Source of the DNA: Clostridia bacterium
GTDB lineage: Bacteria > Bacillota > Clostridia > Christensenellales > CAG-314
Assembly: GCA_017500855.1 (NCBI GenBank)
Contig: JAFVYC010000003.1
Coordinates: 2,144 to 66,143 of the forward strand
Direction: 5' to 3'
Length of the DNA: 64,000 bases
Both the position numbers and the translations under genes were made by a program. Positions 6,206 through 14,489 of the stretch are shown piece after piece. Within the stretch, counting starts at the first letter, position 1, and the number at the start of each line of letters is the position of its first letter. The notes beneath the pieces were generated by a model. That model did no database searches. It had not been told where the DNA came from and worked only from the letters and a program-made list of their open reading frames with translations.

Positions 6206-8719
6206 CTATGCTGCTGCAGAAACGATCAAAACAGGCATATCCCAGCTGATTGTGAGTGTGTACACTTTGCCACCAACTGTGATTGTTTCGCCTTCTGTAC
6301 CGCCCTTAACGTCAACTCTGGAGTCGCCGTTGTGAAGGTGAGGCCACAACCATGTGCTGTCTGCTGCAAGGTCTGTAACGTTAACAACAACTTCGTAGGT
6401 TCCTGCTGCTGCGTCGAAGTTTACAGAGCAAAGACCTGCTGCGAAGTCAACTCCACCAGATTCAAGGTCAACTGTGAGTGCGTTGAGTTGATCAGCTGTC
6501 ATGTTTTCGTAGGTACCTGTAACAATGTAGCATGCTTTGCCTTCTCTTTCTTCAAGGTGTGCACCGGAGATAGAGATAGATGGAGCGCCTGCTTCCTTGA
6601 TGTAGATGATAGCCAAGCCACCCATCCAGCTTGCGCAGTCACCGTTTGGAGCGCCCATTGTCCATTCGAAGCCACCCCAATGGATTGTTGCAGGTGTAAA
6701 AGGTGTGCTCATGTTGCTTCCACCAAGGTGTCCGTAGATGATGTCGCCGTGAGCCCAACCTTCGCCCTTGGAAAGGTCGCACCAAATTTCGAATGCGCCG
6801 TTTTCAGCCTTGATTGTGTAGTTGTTGCCTTCTTCAGTGTGACCGTACCAACGGTATGGCCAGCTTGGGTATTGTTGCAAGCTGAGACCATCGCCGGAAG
6901 CTGCAAACAATGCGTCTGCTTCTGCTGTCAAAGTTTCAATTGTGTGTGCGCTACCATAAGTACCGGAAAGTACCATGTATGGTGTGTCGTTGTCCAATTT
7001 GAGTGTTACGTCTGTGAACTTGATTTCGTGTCCAACGTCGATTGCTCTCAAGTATGGTTCGTTCCAGTCTACACCGTAGATGTATTGGTAACCGTTTGCG
7101 GACATGAACTTGTTAGCGTAGAGACGTGGGCTGCCACCTTCTGGGTCGTAGTCGAAGATTGTGGAGCAACCGATGAGGTCAAGTGTGCTTGCGTTATAAA
7201 CAACTTTGTCGCCCATCTTAACTTCTACTGTGGAGAATGTGCTGTTGAAGCCGTCTTCCAAAGCGGAAAGAGCAAGTGTTGCGTGGAATGCGCCTGTTGC
7301 GTCTACTTCGCCTGTTACAACTTGGCTACCAACTGTCATGCTGATTGTGCCACCTGTGAATGTTTCGCCTTCTTCAAGAGTGAGGTGGTTGAGGTTTACG
7401 TTACCGTCCATTTTGAGAACAGGTTGTCCGTCTACGTCTTCAACGTTCATTGTGTAGGTAACTTTGTTTTGGTTGAAGTATACCTTCAAGGATTCTTTTG
7501 TGCCAGAAACGTAGGTGATGAAGCGGTAGCAGTAGTCTTCGTCGCAAACCATCTTACCAGGTTGTGCCAAAGGAGCGCTGTGGTCGATAGCGAAGTCTGT
7601 TGTGTAGTCCTTGCCACCGATTGTTGTGTTAACACGGATATCCATCCAGCCACCAGCAAATCTGCCACCTTCTGCAGTTGCAAGTTTGTTGAGGTCGAAC
7701 ATCAATGTTTCTGTGGAACCTGTTGTACCGGAGATTTCTGTGCCCTTGAGTTCGTACAAAGAGTTACCTTCGTAGAGGAAGAGGTAAGCGTTTTCTACAC
7801 CGTCAAGTTGAACTTCGATTGTGAGGTAGCACTTTCCGCCCATTTCAACAAGGTCAATGCTCTTGAATGTTACAAGAACTGCATCCCAAACAGCTTCTAC
7901 TACAAGGCTTGTGTTGAGAGAAGCAGGGATTGCTGTGCCGTAGTCCCAACCATTGAATGTCCACCTTTCGTAGCCTGCTTGAGGTGTGAGTTGTGGCAAT
8001 GCAATGTCACTTTCCAATGCAAGGAATGTGAATGTGATAACGCCGTCGTCTGCTTGTGCGTAGTTAGCAATGTCTGTTCTTGCTTCCATAGCTTCAAGGA
8101 ATTCTGCTGGGAATTGACCTGCAGCAGGTTTGATTGTTACTTGTGCTGCAACTGGAGCTGCAAGTTGAACTGCTTCGGATTCTACGCCGTCGAACTTAAC
8201 TTTGAAGGATGTGTCGCCAAGTCCGAATGCTTCGCCTGCATTGTAGATGATGCTGTAGTTATCTACAGTTTCTGTTCTGCCTGTTGCAGCGTAGGTAACT
8301 GTGACAACCATGCCTTCTGCGTTGAGTGCTTCGCCAACAAGGTAGTTGAGTTGTGTGGGAGCAGATGTAACAGCAACGCTTGCAATTTGTTCGCTTGTGT
8401 TAACAACGATTTCTACCGACTTGGATGCTGTGTAGGTGTACTTGCCGTTGCTTCCGCTAACTTTTTTACCACCGGCAACAACGCTGTCGATTTGGTAGTT
8501 TTCACTTGGTGTAACTGTGAAAACAAGTTTTGTTCCCTTTACAACTTCTGCAGGAAGTTCTTCGTAACCTTCCACTGCTACTGTTGCGTTTGTCATTGTC
8601 CAGGTGAGTTGTACTTTTTCAGCGCCAGCGTCTGGGTCACATGCTACAAGAGCAAGTGTGCTGAAAACGAAAACTACAGCCAAAACAAGAACTAGAATAG
8701 AACGTTTTGTGAGTTTCAT
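6206..8719 (-). CDS. 837-aa surface lipoprotein, unknown function (one Ig-like Big_3-type repeat near the N-terminus)
   Basis: ATG 8719 with AAGGAGGAAAATT upstream. MKLTKRSILVLVLAVVFVFSTLALVAC is a lipobox. SVAVTSAPTQLNYLVGEALNAEGMVVTVTYAATG resembles the Ig-like surface repeat. Codon style matches rpmE (ACA/GCA/GTT/CTT/AGA). Sits directly downstream of GH5. Confidence 0.8.
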   Translation of the reverse strand: MKLTKRSILVLVLAVVFVFSTLALVACDPDAGAEKVQLTWTMTNATVAVEGYEELPAEVVKGTKLVFTVTPSENYQIDSVVAGGKKVSGSNGKYTYTASKSVEIVVNTSEQIASVAVTSAPTQLNYLVGEALNAEGMVVTVTYAATGRTETVDNYSIIYNAGEAFGLGDTSFKVKFDGVESEAVQLAAPVAAQVTIKPAAGQFPAEFLEAMEARTDIANYAQADDGVITFTFLALESDIALPQLTPQAGYERWTFNGWDYGTAIPASLNTSLVVEAVWDAVLVTFKSIDLVEMGGKCYLTIEVQLDGVENAYLFLYEGNSLYELKGTEISGTTGSTETLMFDLNKLATAEGGRFAGGWMDIRVNTTIGGKDYTTDFAIDHSAPLAQPGKMVCDEDYCYRFITYVSGTKESLKVYFNQNKVTYTMNVEDVDGQPVLKMDGNVNLNHLTLEEGETFTGGTISMTVGSQVVTGEVDATGAFHATLALSALEDGFNSTFSTVEVKMGDKVVYNASTLDLIGCSTIFDYDPEGGSPRLYANKFMSANGYQYIYGVDWNEPYLRAIDVGHEIKFTDVTLKLDNDTPYMVLSGTYGSAHTIETLTAEADALFAASGDGLSLQQYPSWPYRWYGHTEEGNNYTIKAENGAFEIWCDLSKGEGWAHGDIIYGHLGGSNMSTPFTPATIHWGGFEWTMGAPNGDCASWMGGLAIIYIKEAGAPSISISGAHLEEREGKACYIVTGTYENMTADQLNALTVDLESGGVDFAAGLCSVNFDAAAGTYEVVVNVTDLAADSTWLWPHLHNGDSRVDVKGGTEGETITVGGKVYTLTISWDMPVLIVSAAA

Positions 8720-8772
8720 AATTTTCCTCCTTGATATTTCCTAATATTTCACTGCATTTTTGCAGTTATTAG

Positions 8773-10113
8773 CTATTGAAGTGCTTCGTAGTTGGGTGTT
8801 TCCGTGTAGCCCCTTTGCAAAACGGCGTACAAGGTGTTGCCCGACTCAAACGTGTGCAGTTTGAAATCTTCGTGGGCTGTGTCAATTCTGTACCATTTGT
8901 CCAAAATTGTGTCCCAATCGTCGGTTTGCGCTTGAACGTTGTCGCAAGTGGAAACGAAAATTCCCCATCCGCCGTAGCGACGTGCATTTGGACCGGAAAT
9001 TTTGTAGAACCAGTTGTGCCAACTCCATCCGTTGGCGTTGAACAGTTCCATGGTTTGCTTCCAACTTTCTTCGTTGTTGTAGGCTGTGAATTCGCCCATG
9101 TGAAGGGGAACGCCAAAGTTTTGTGCATGAACACCGTTGAGTTTGTTCCTCATGTGCGACATGTGACCTGCAACTTCGTACTGACTTGTGTAGTTGTGGA
9201 AGGAGTACATGACGTTTTGCCAGTTGTAGTCCCTTGGATGTGGCAAGTTGTTGCCATCCCAACAAGATTCAATAATGACTACGTGGTCTTCGTCCACACT
9301 GCGAATTGCATCGTACAACACGTCGAAGTAGTCCCAGTGGTACTTCGTTGTGGATTCAGCCTTTTCGCCCGGTTCGTTCAAGATGTCGTAGCCTGCAACT
9401 GCAGGGTTGCCCTTGTAGTGCTCGGCAATGGCTTTCCACATTTCGGTGGTTTTGTTTTTGTTTTCCTCGTTGGTGTAGAAGTCAACTTGTTCTCTGTTCA
9501 AACTTTCGCCACTGTGGTCTTGGCCGTTGTGCGAGCCGTAGGCGCCGTGCATGTCCAAAATTGTGTAGATTCCGTAGTTAGCGGCAGTTTCCACAAACCA
9601 GTCCAATTCGTTGAAGTTGTACTTTTCCCCTTCGATGCGAGCCACGTTGTTGTAGTCCGGGTCGAGAGTCATGTAGGTGAATGGAAGGCGAATGCTGTTC
9701 ATGCCCATTTCCTTGCAAATGCGGAAGTCTTCCTCCGTCCAAAAATTTTGACGGTAGTATTCCCAAAGGTCAACTGCTCCTTCTGCGCCAAACCTTTCAA
9801 CAAACAAATTGGTGACGTCCTTGTGGTCGGTGTAGCTACCGTTGGTACCACGAACGGGCGACATCCATTGTTCGGTAACGTACAGTCCGCCGGCATTTAC
9901 GCCACGAAGCGTGATTGGGTCGCCGGAACCGCTGTTCTTGCGAAGAACGGTGCCGTTGGCTTTGATGAAGTCAGCCTCGGTGAAGATGCCCCATCCCGCA
10001 GTTGATTGCGATGGTTTGATGGGATCCGGTTGGGGTGGAACGCAAGCGCCCAACACCGCAAGAGAGAACAGGCAACAAAGTGCCAAGCAAATAACAGACA
10101 AATTTCTTTTCAT
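8773..10113 (-). CDS. glycoside hydrolase family 5 (cellulase/beta-glucanase type) lipoprotein
   Basis: Start is ATG 10113 (MKRNLSVICLALCCLFSLAVLGAC, lipobox). GH5 blocks: ITLRGVNAGG, NSIRLPFTY, ILDMHGAYGSHNGQDHSG, GYDILNEPG (acid/base Glu), PLHMGEFTAY (nucleophile Glu). Confidence 0.85.
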   Translation of the reverse strand: MKRNLSVICLALCCLFSLAVLGACVPPQPDPIKPSQSTAGWGIFTEADFIKANGTVLRKNSGSGDPITLRGVNAGGLYVTEQWMSPVRGTNGSYTDHKDVTNLFVERFGAEGAVDLWEYYRQNFWTEEDFRICKEMGMNSIRLPFTYMTLDPDYNNVARIEGEKYNFNELDWFVETAANYGIYTILDMHGAYGSHNGQDHSGESLNREQVDFYTNEENKNKTTEMWKAIAEHYKGNPAVAGYDILNEPGEKAESTTKYHWDYFDVLYDAIRSVDEDHVVIIESCWDGNNLPHPRDYNWQNVMYSFHNYTSQYEVAGHMSHMRNKLNGVHAQNFGVPLHMGEFTAYNNEESWKQTMELFNANGWSWHNWFYKISGPNARRYGGWGIFVSTCDNVQAQTDDWDTILDKWYRIDTAHEDFKLHTFESGNTLYAVLQRGYTETPNYEALQ

Positions 10114-10377
10114 AGTTTCCGCCGTGTAGTTAGTTTGCGTAGAAATTTGCAAAAAACGCATGCTTGCATAATTTGCCATTATCTACCATACCTATTTTAC
10201 AATATAGCACAAACTATTTCAATAGACTATTTTGCAAAAAGTCTACAAATATACCAAATAACAAATTGGTTTGGAACAGGACGGGCAATATATTCATTAT
10301 TGATTTGCCCCACTACTCCACCGACTAGACCATTTTGCACTTTGGTATATTTTAGCGCTCTTTTTTGAAAATGTACA

Positions 10378-10406
10378 TTGAAATTGCAATTGCAATTGGC
10401 TATAAT
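10378..10406 (+). promoter_or_regulatory. sigma-A-type promoter of GH3 gene 10466, with a 16-nt perfect palindrome in the spacer
   Basis: TTGAAA (10378-10383), 17 nt, TATAAT (10401-10406). The spacer contains AATTGCAATTGCAATT (10382-10397), a perfect palindrome. Confidence 0.55.
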
Positions 10407-10465
10407 TTGTATAGAGTAGTAAAATACTTATATAATGAAAATTTTTTTTATTTATAGGAGGAACT

Positions 10466-13459
10466 ATGAGCAAAACAAAAATTGTAAATTTGTCTATCAT
10501 CGCTGTTTTGTTGGTTGTTCTGATTGTCATCAACGCAATTTGTGGCGTTATGGCAGAAACAATCGACCGCTTCCTTGGCATCGGCGCAATAGCAGACGAA
10601 GAGACTTTGCAAAAAAACGAAGCCCAAGGCGAGGCACTTGCTGAACTCATCGAAGGTGAAGGCATTGTTCTTTTGCAAAACAAAGACAACTTGCTTCCAA
10701 TGAACCAAGACGCAGTGACAGCAGTCAACGTGTTTGGTTGGGGCGCAACACAATGGATAACGGGTGGTTCCGGATCCGGTCGTGTTGTAAACAACAGGGG
10801 CCAACGAGATGCAGAAACTGGCATTTTGGAAGCATTGGAAAAGGCTGGAATCGAGTACAACACCGAACTCATCGACATGTACAAGAGATTCTGCGGTAGC
10901 AGACCTTTCCACACTGCTAGTCAAGGTACGTTGCACGCTTCCGACTACGAGTACTATCGTATTATTGAACCGGACATTGAAAAGGACTACACCGAAGAAA
11001 TGCTTGCAAACGCTGAAGCATTCTCCACCACAGCAATCGTGGTTATCACAAGAGATGCCGGCGAAAGCACCGATGCTCCAAAAGTTCAATACAAGGGCAA
11101 CAGCACAAGCACCAGAATCGACGACGAAACTCGCACCTACTTGGAAATCTCCACAGAAGAAGAAGCATTGCTTGAGTACGTTGGTTCCACGTTCGAAAAC
11201 GTTATCGTGCTCATCAACAGCACAAACACAATGGAACTTGGCTTCCTTGAATCCATCGACGGTTTGGACGCTGCATTGATGGTTGGTGCAAGTGGTATCA
11301 ACGCTGCAACTGCTATCCCCAAGGTTATCTTTGGTGAAATCAACCCAAGCGGTAGACTTGCAGACACATACGCATACGAACTTGAAACTGCAGCAAGCTA
11401 CGCTAACGCAGGTCAAGACGGATTGAACTTGTACACAAACGGCAACGGTTTGTACCCAGCAGACGGCACATCTCAACCTAACCTTAGTGCAAGCAAACCA
11501 TACCCCGGCGTTGCATACGTAGACTACAAAGAAGGCATCTACGTTGGCTACAAGTGGTACGAAACTGCCGATGCAGAAGGTTTCTGGGACAGCTACGGTG
11601 GCTACGACGCAGTAGTTCAATATCCATTTGGCTACGGCTTGTCCTACACCACTTTCGAATGGGAAGTTGTTTCTCTTTCCATCCCCAACAACAGCAAACT
11701 TGCTGAAGACGACACAATTGAAGTTACCGTTCGTGTTACAAACACAGGCGACGTTGCAGGCAAAGACGTTGTTCAATTGTACTACACAGCACCCTACACA
11801 AAGGGCGGAATTGAAAAAGCATCCGTAAACCTTTGCGCATTTGCAAAAACACAAATCCTTGCACCTGGCCACTACGAAGACTTGAAACTCTCCGTAAAAG
11901 TTGAAGACATGGCTAGCTACGACGTTTACGACAACAACGCCAACGGCAACATCGGTTACGAACTTGATGCAGGCGCATACCAACTCAAATTGATGAAGAA
12001 TGCGCACGAAGTTGCAGAAATCAACGCTACTACAGCACTGATGAAGGAAGAAGGCGTTATCGACTACAGAATTGACAACGAAATTTTCTACAACACAGAC
12101 AGCGCAACAGGCCACATTGTTGAAAACAGACTCACAGGCGACGACAGCATGGACGGCGCTTCCATCGACGGTAGCCACAGTGGCGTAGAAATCGTTTGGT
12201 TGACACGTGCAGACTTCGAAGGAACGTTCCCCGAACTTGCCGAAGCAAGAGCAATTGCCGACATTGAAAAGTACTACAACTTGTACACATCTCAAATGGC
12301 AAACGACTACATCAACAGTGGCGACCAGCCCATCACAACAAACGCAAAGAACAACATGCCCGTTTACGCAAACGGCGAATTCACACAACTCGGTTTGGAC
12401 CTTGGCGCAGACTACAACCACGAAGATTGGGATGCAGTTCTTGACCAATTGACATTCGACGAAATGAAGAAACTTGTTCTTCACGGCTACACCCACTTGG
12501 AAGCATTGCCATCCATTGGTTTGCCAGCAACAAAAGACTTTGACGGTCCTCAACAAATTGGTTCTTTCAACGCACCAAACCGTGGTGTTGGATACCCCAA
12601 CGCAACAACAATGGCTCAAACGTTCAACAGCCGTCTTATCTACGAATTCGGTATTGCTTTGGGTAGAGAAGCAAGAAGCTATGGTATCAACGGCTGGTAT
12701 GGCCCCGGTATCAACATGCACCGTTCTCCATTTGGTGGACGTAACTACGAATACTACAGCGAAGACAGCTACTTGACAGGTACAATGGGCGCAAATGCAG
12801 TTAAGGGCGCAAAGAATGTTGGCGTATACAGCTACTTGAAGCACCTTGCATTGTACGAACAAGAATCCTACCGTGACGGTTGCTACACATGGCTCACAGA
12901 ACAAGCGCTTCGTGAAATCTACTTGAAGCCATTCCGTATGTGCATTGTAGAAGGTGGTTCTGTAGGCATCATGACATCCTACGGCCGTATCGGTGGCACA
13001 TGGACAGGTGGTAGCAGAGGCTTGCTGACAGGCATTCTTCGTGACGAATGGGGCTACAACGGCGTGTTCTTGACAGACTACGCTGACCACCAAAAATTCA
13101 TGATCATCGACCAAGCACTCCGTGCAGGCGGTGACTTGTGGATGGACGGTTTTTCCAACAATGGTAACTTCAGAATGGAAACATCCTCCAACACCTTCAA
13201 CAAAGAACTTCGCCGTGCAAGCAAGAACATCATCTACATGCGCTTGAACACTGCTTACACAGAATCCATCTACGATCCCGAAAAGGACGGCGTTGAAATT
13301 CAAACAGGCGAAATGACAGAAGTATTCAGCTGGTGGGTACCTGTTCTTATCGGCTTCGACGTTCTGTCCCTTGGCGGACTTGGTTTCTGGGGCTACAAAA
13401 CTTTCACAAAGAGAGAAGAAGAAGCACCTGTTAACATCGACGAAGACTACGAAGACTAG
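10466..13459 (+). CDS. glycoside hydrolase family 3 (beta-glucosidase type) with N- and C-terminal TM helices
   Basis: ATAGGAGGAACT SD before the ATG. N-terminus MSKTKIVNLSIIAVLLVVLIVINAICGV. GH3 blocks: GWGATQWITGGSGSGRV, INMHRSPFGGRNYEYYSEDSYL, KHLALYEQE, GVFLTDYADH. C-terminus WWVPVLIGFDVLSLGGLGFWGY. Confidence 0.9.
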   Translation: MSKTKIVNLSIIAVLLVVLIVINAICGVMAETIDRFLGIGAIADEETLQKNEAQGEALAELIEGEGIVLLQNKDNLLPMNQDAVTAVNVFGWGATQWITGGSGSGRVVNNRGQRDAETGILEALEKAGIEYNTELIDMYKRFCGSRPFHTASQGTLHASDYEYYRIIEPDIEKDYTEEMLANAEAFSTTAIVVITRDAGESTDAPKVQYKGNSTSTRIDDETRTYLEISTEEEALLEYVGSTFENVIVLINSTNTMELGFLESIDGLDAALMVGASGINAATAIPKVIFGEINPSGRLADTYAYELETAASYANAGQDGLNLYTNGNGLYPADGTSQPNLSASKPYPGVAYVDYKEGIYVGYKWYETADAEGFWDSYGGYDAVVQYPFGYGLSYTTFEWEVVSLSIPNNSKLAEDDTIEVTVRVTNTGDVAGKDVVQLYYTAPYTKGGIEKASVNLCAFAKTQILAPGHYEDLKLSVKVEDMASYDVYDNNANGNIGYELDAGAYQLKLMKNAHEVAEINATTALMKEEGVIDYRIDNEIFYNTDSATGHIVENRLTGDDSMDGASIDGSHSGVEIVWLTRADFEGTFPELAEARAIADIEKYYNLYTSQMANDYINSGDQPITTNAKNNMPVYANGEFTQLGLDLGADYNHEDWDAVLDQLTFDEMKKLVLHGYTHLEALPSIGLPATKDFDGPQQIGSFNAPNRGVGYPNATTMAQTFNSRLIYEFGIALGREARSYGINGWYGPGINMHRSPFGGRNYEYYSEDSYLTGTMGANAVKGAKNVGVYSYLKHLALYEQESYRDGCYTWLTEQALREIYLKPFRMCIVEGGSVGIMTSYGRIGGTWTGGSRGLLTGILRDEWGYNGVFLTDYADHQKFMIIDQALRAGGDLWMDGFSNNGNFRMETSSNTFNKELRRASKNIIYMRLNTAYTESIYDPEKDGVEIQTGEMTEVFSWWVPVLIGFDVLSLGGLGFWGYKTFTKREEEAPVNIDEDYED

Positions 13460-13485
13460 TTGCTAGTTCAAAACCCAACAAAATT

Positions 13486-13515
13486 GAGAGTTCCGTTTTG
13501 GAACTCTCTTTTTTT
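13486..13515 (+). terminator. intrinsic terminator of GH3 gene
   Basis: GAGAGTTCC-GTTTT-GGAACTCTC followed by T7, 27 nt after the stop. Confidence 0.8.
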
Positions 13516-14161
13516 GCGCAATTTGCACCACTTGCGTAGAAAACAACGGCACGTTGCCACGTTTGCGCACCAACACACCATTGCATTGTTGAAAAGGTGG
13601 TTTGCCCAAAACTGCACGTTTGCCCCACGGCTTGCGTTTGAAGTTGCACAACACGCCTTGAAAAAACACGGGAAAAGTTTGCAAAACAAACAATTTGCAC
13701 CACTTGCGTGCGAATTATGGAAAGTGAGTTGTGATTTCCAAACAACGCACACAATCCGTGGCATTGGGAAGTGGCGGGAAAAGCGCCACGACTGCACGTG
13801 TTGCCAAAAGCAAGCACAAGCTTTGCCAAGCGTTCTACGCAATTGCCACAAAACCAATATGCCAAACCACAAAGCAAAAACCAAAACGGTGTTGCTATGG
13901 TACGCAAAAGAAGTAGCGTTTGGAAGGGTGGGAAAGTCGATGCCGACAATATGGTTTGCCAAAAGCAAGCGAAAGTTTTCAATCGTTGCAAGACGTTGTT
14001 GCAAAATCCGCAAAACAAACGTCACGGCAACAGTTGAATGTGTGGGGCTAGAATTGGGCTGTGAGCCATTTTATAATGTAAGTTATCAACCAGTATAATA
14101 TATATAAATATATGCATAGAAGTCAAAACAAAGGGCAACAATTGACAAAAAGGAGTAGCCC

Positions 14162-14305
14162 ATGAATTGCAAAAATTGCCAAAACCAAGTCAACCAAGAA
14201 GACTACTGCATTTGCACCAAGTGCAAAGAGCACATTTGCCCACGTTGCGCAAGCCAGCGCAGTTTTGTGTGCGATTGCGGTGGCGACATTGCCTACCTGT
14301 CCTAG
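14162..14305 (+). CDS. 47-aa nine-cysteine (double zinc-ribbon-like) protein
   Basis: Below the ORF-track size cutoff. AAAAGGAG SD 6 nt before ATG 14162. My translation: MNCKNCQNQVNQEDYCICTKCKEHICPRCASQRSFVCDCGGDIAYLS, stop TAG 14303-14305. TATAAT boxes lie 60-90 nt upstream and a strong terminator downstream. Confidence 0.55.
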   Translation: MNCKNCQNQVNQEDYCICTKCKEHICPRCASQRSFVCDCGGDIAYLS

Positions 14306-14359
14306 ACAACAAAACCACACTCATGTGGGCGCAAAACCCCACCACAAAACCCCCGTTTT

Positions 14360-14375
14360 CCCCACCACGGGGTGG
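14360..14375. repeat. GC-hairpin repeat copy
   Basis: TTTTCCCCACCACGGGGTGGCAAAT. Confidence 0.6.
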
Positions 14376-14400
14376 CAAATCCCACCAAAACCTTGGTCGG

Positions 14401-14451
14401 AAAAAAACAAAAAAATTGCGTGTTGTCCATTGCGGACAACACGCTTTTTTT
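14401..14451. terminator. bidirectional intrinsic terminator between convergent genes 14162-14305 (+) and 14490-17096 (-)
   Basis: GCGTGTTGTCC-ATTGC-GGACAACACGC (14418-14444), with an A-rich run on the left and T7 on the right. Confidence 0.8.
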
Positions 14452-14489
14452 CACACACGGGGTGCGGATTTTGTTGGAAACGTTTGAAA

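Noticed and set aside
13431-14098. ORFs of 185-212 aa in the 700-nt gap after GH3 (13431..14018, 13460..14098, 13468..14025).
   Set aside because: They are overlapping ORFs in several frames on both strands with no SD and repetitive, Cys/Arg/Lys-rich translations. The region contains repeat fragments (e.g. CAATTTGCACCACTTGCGT twice). I treat it as non-coding.
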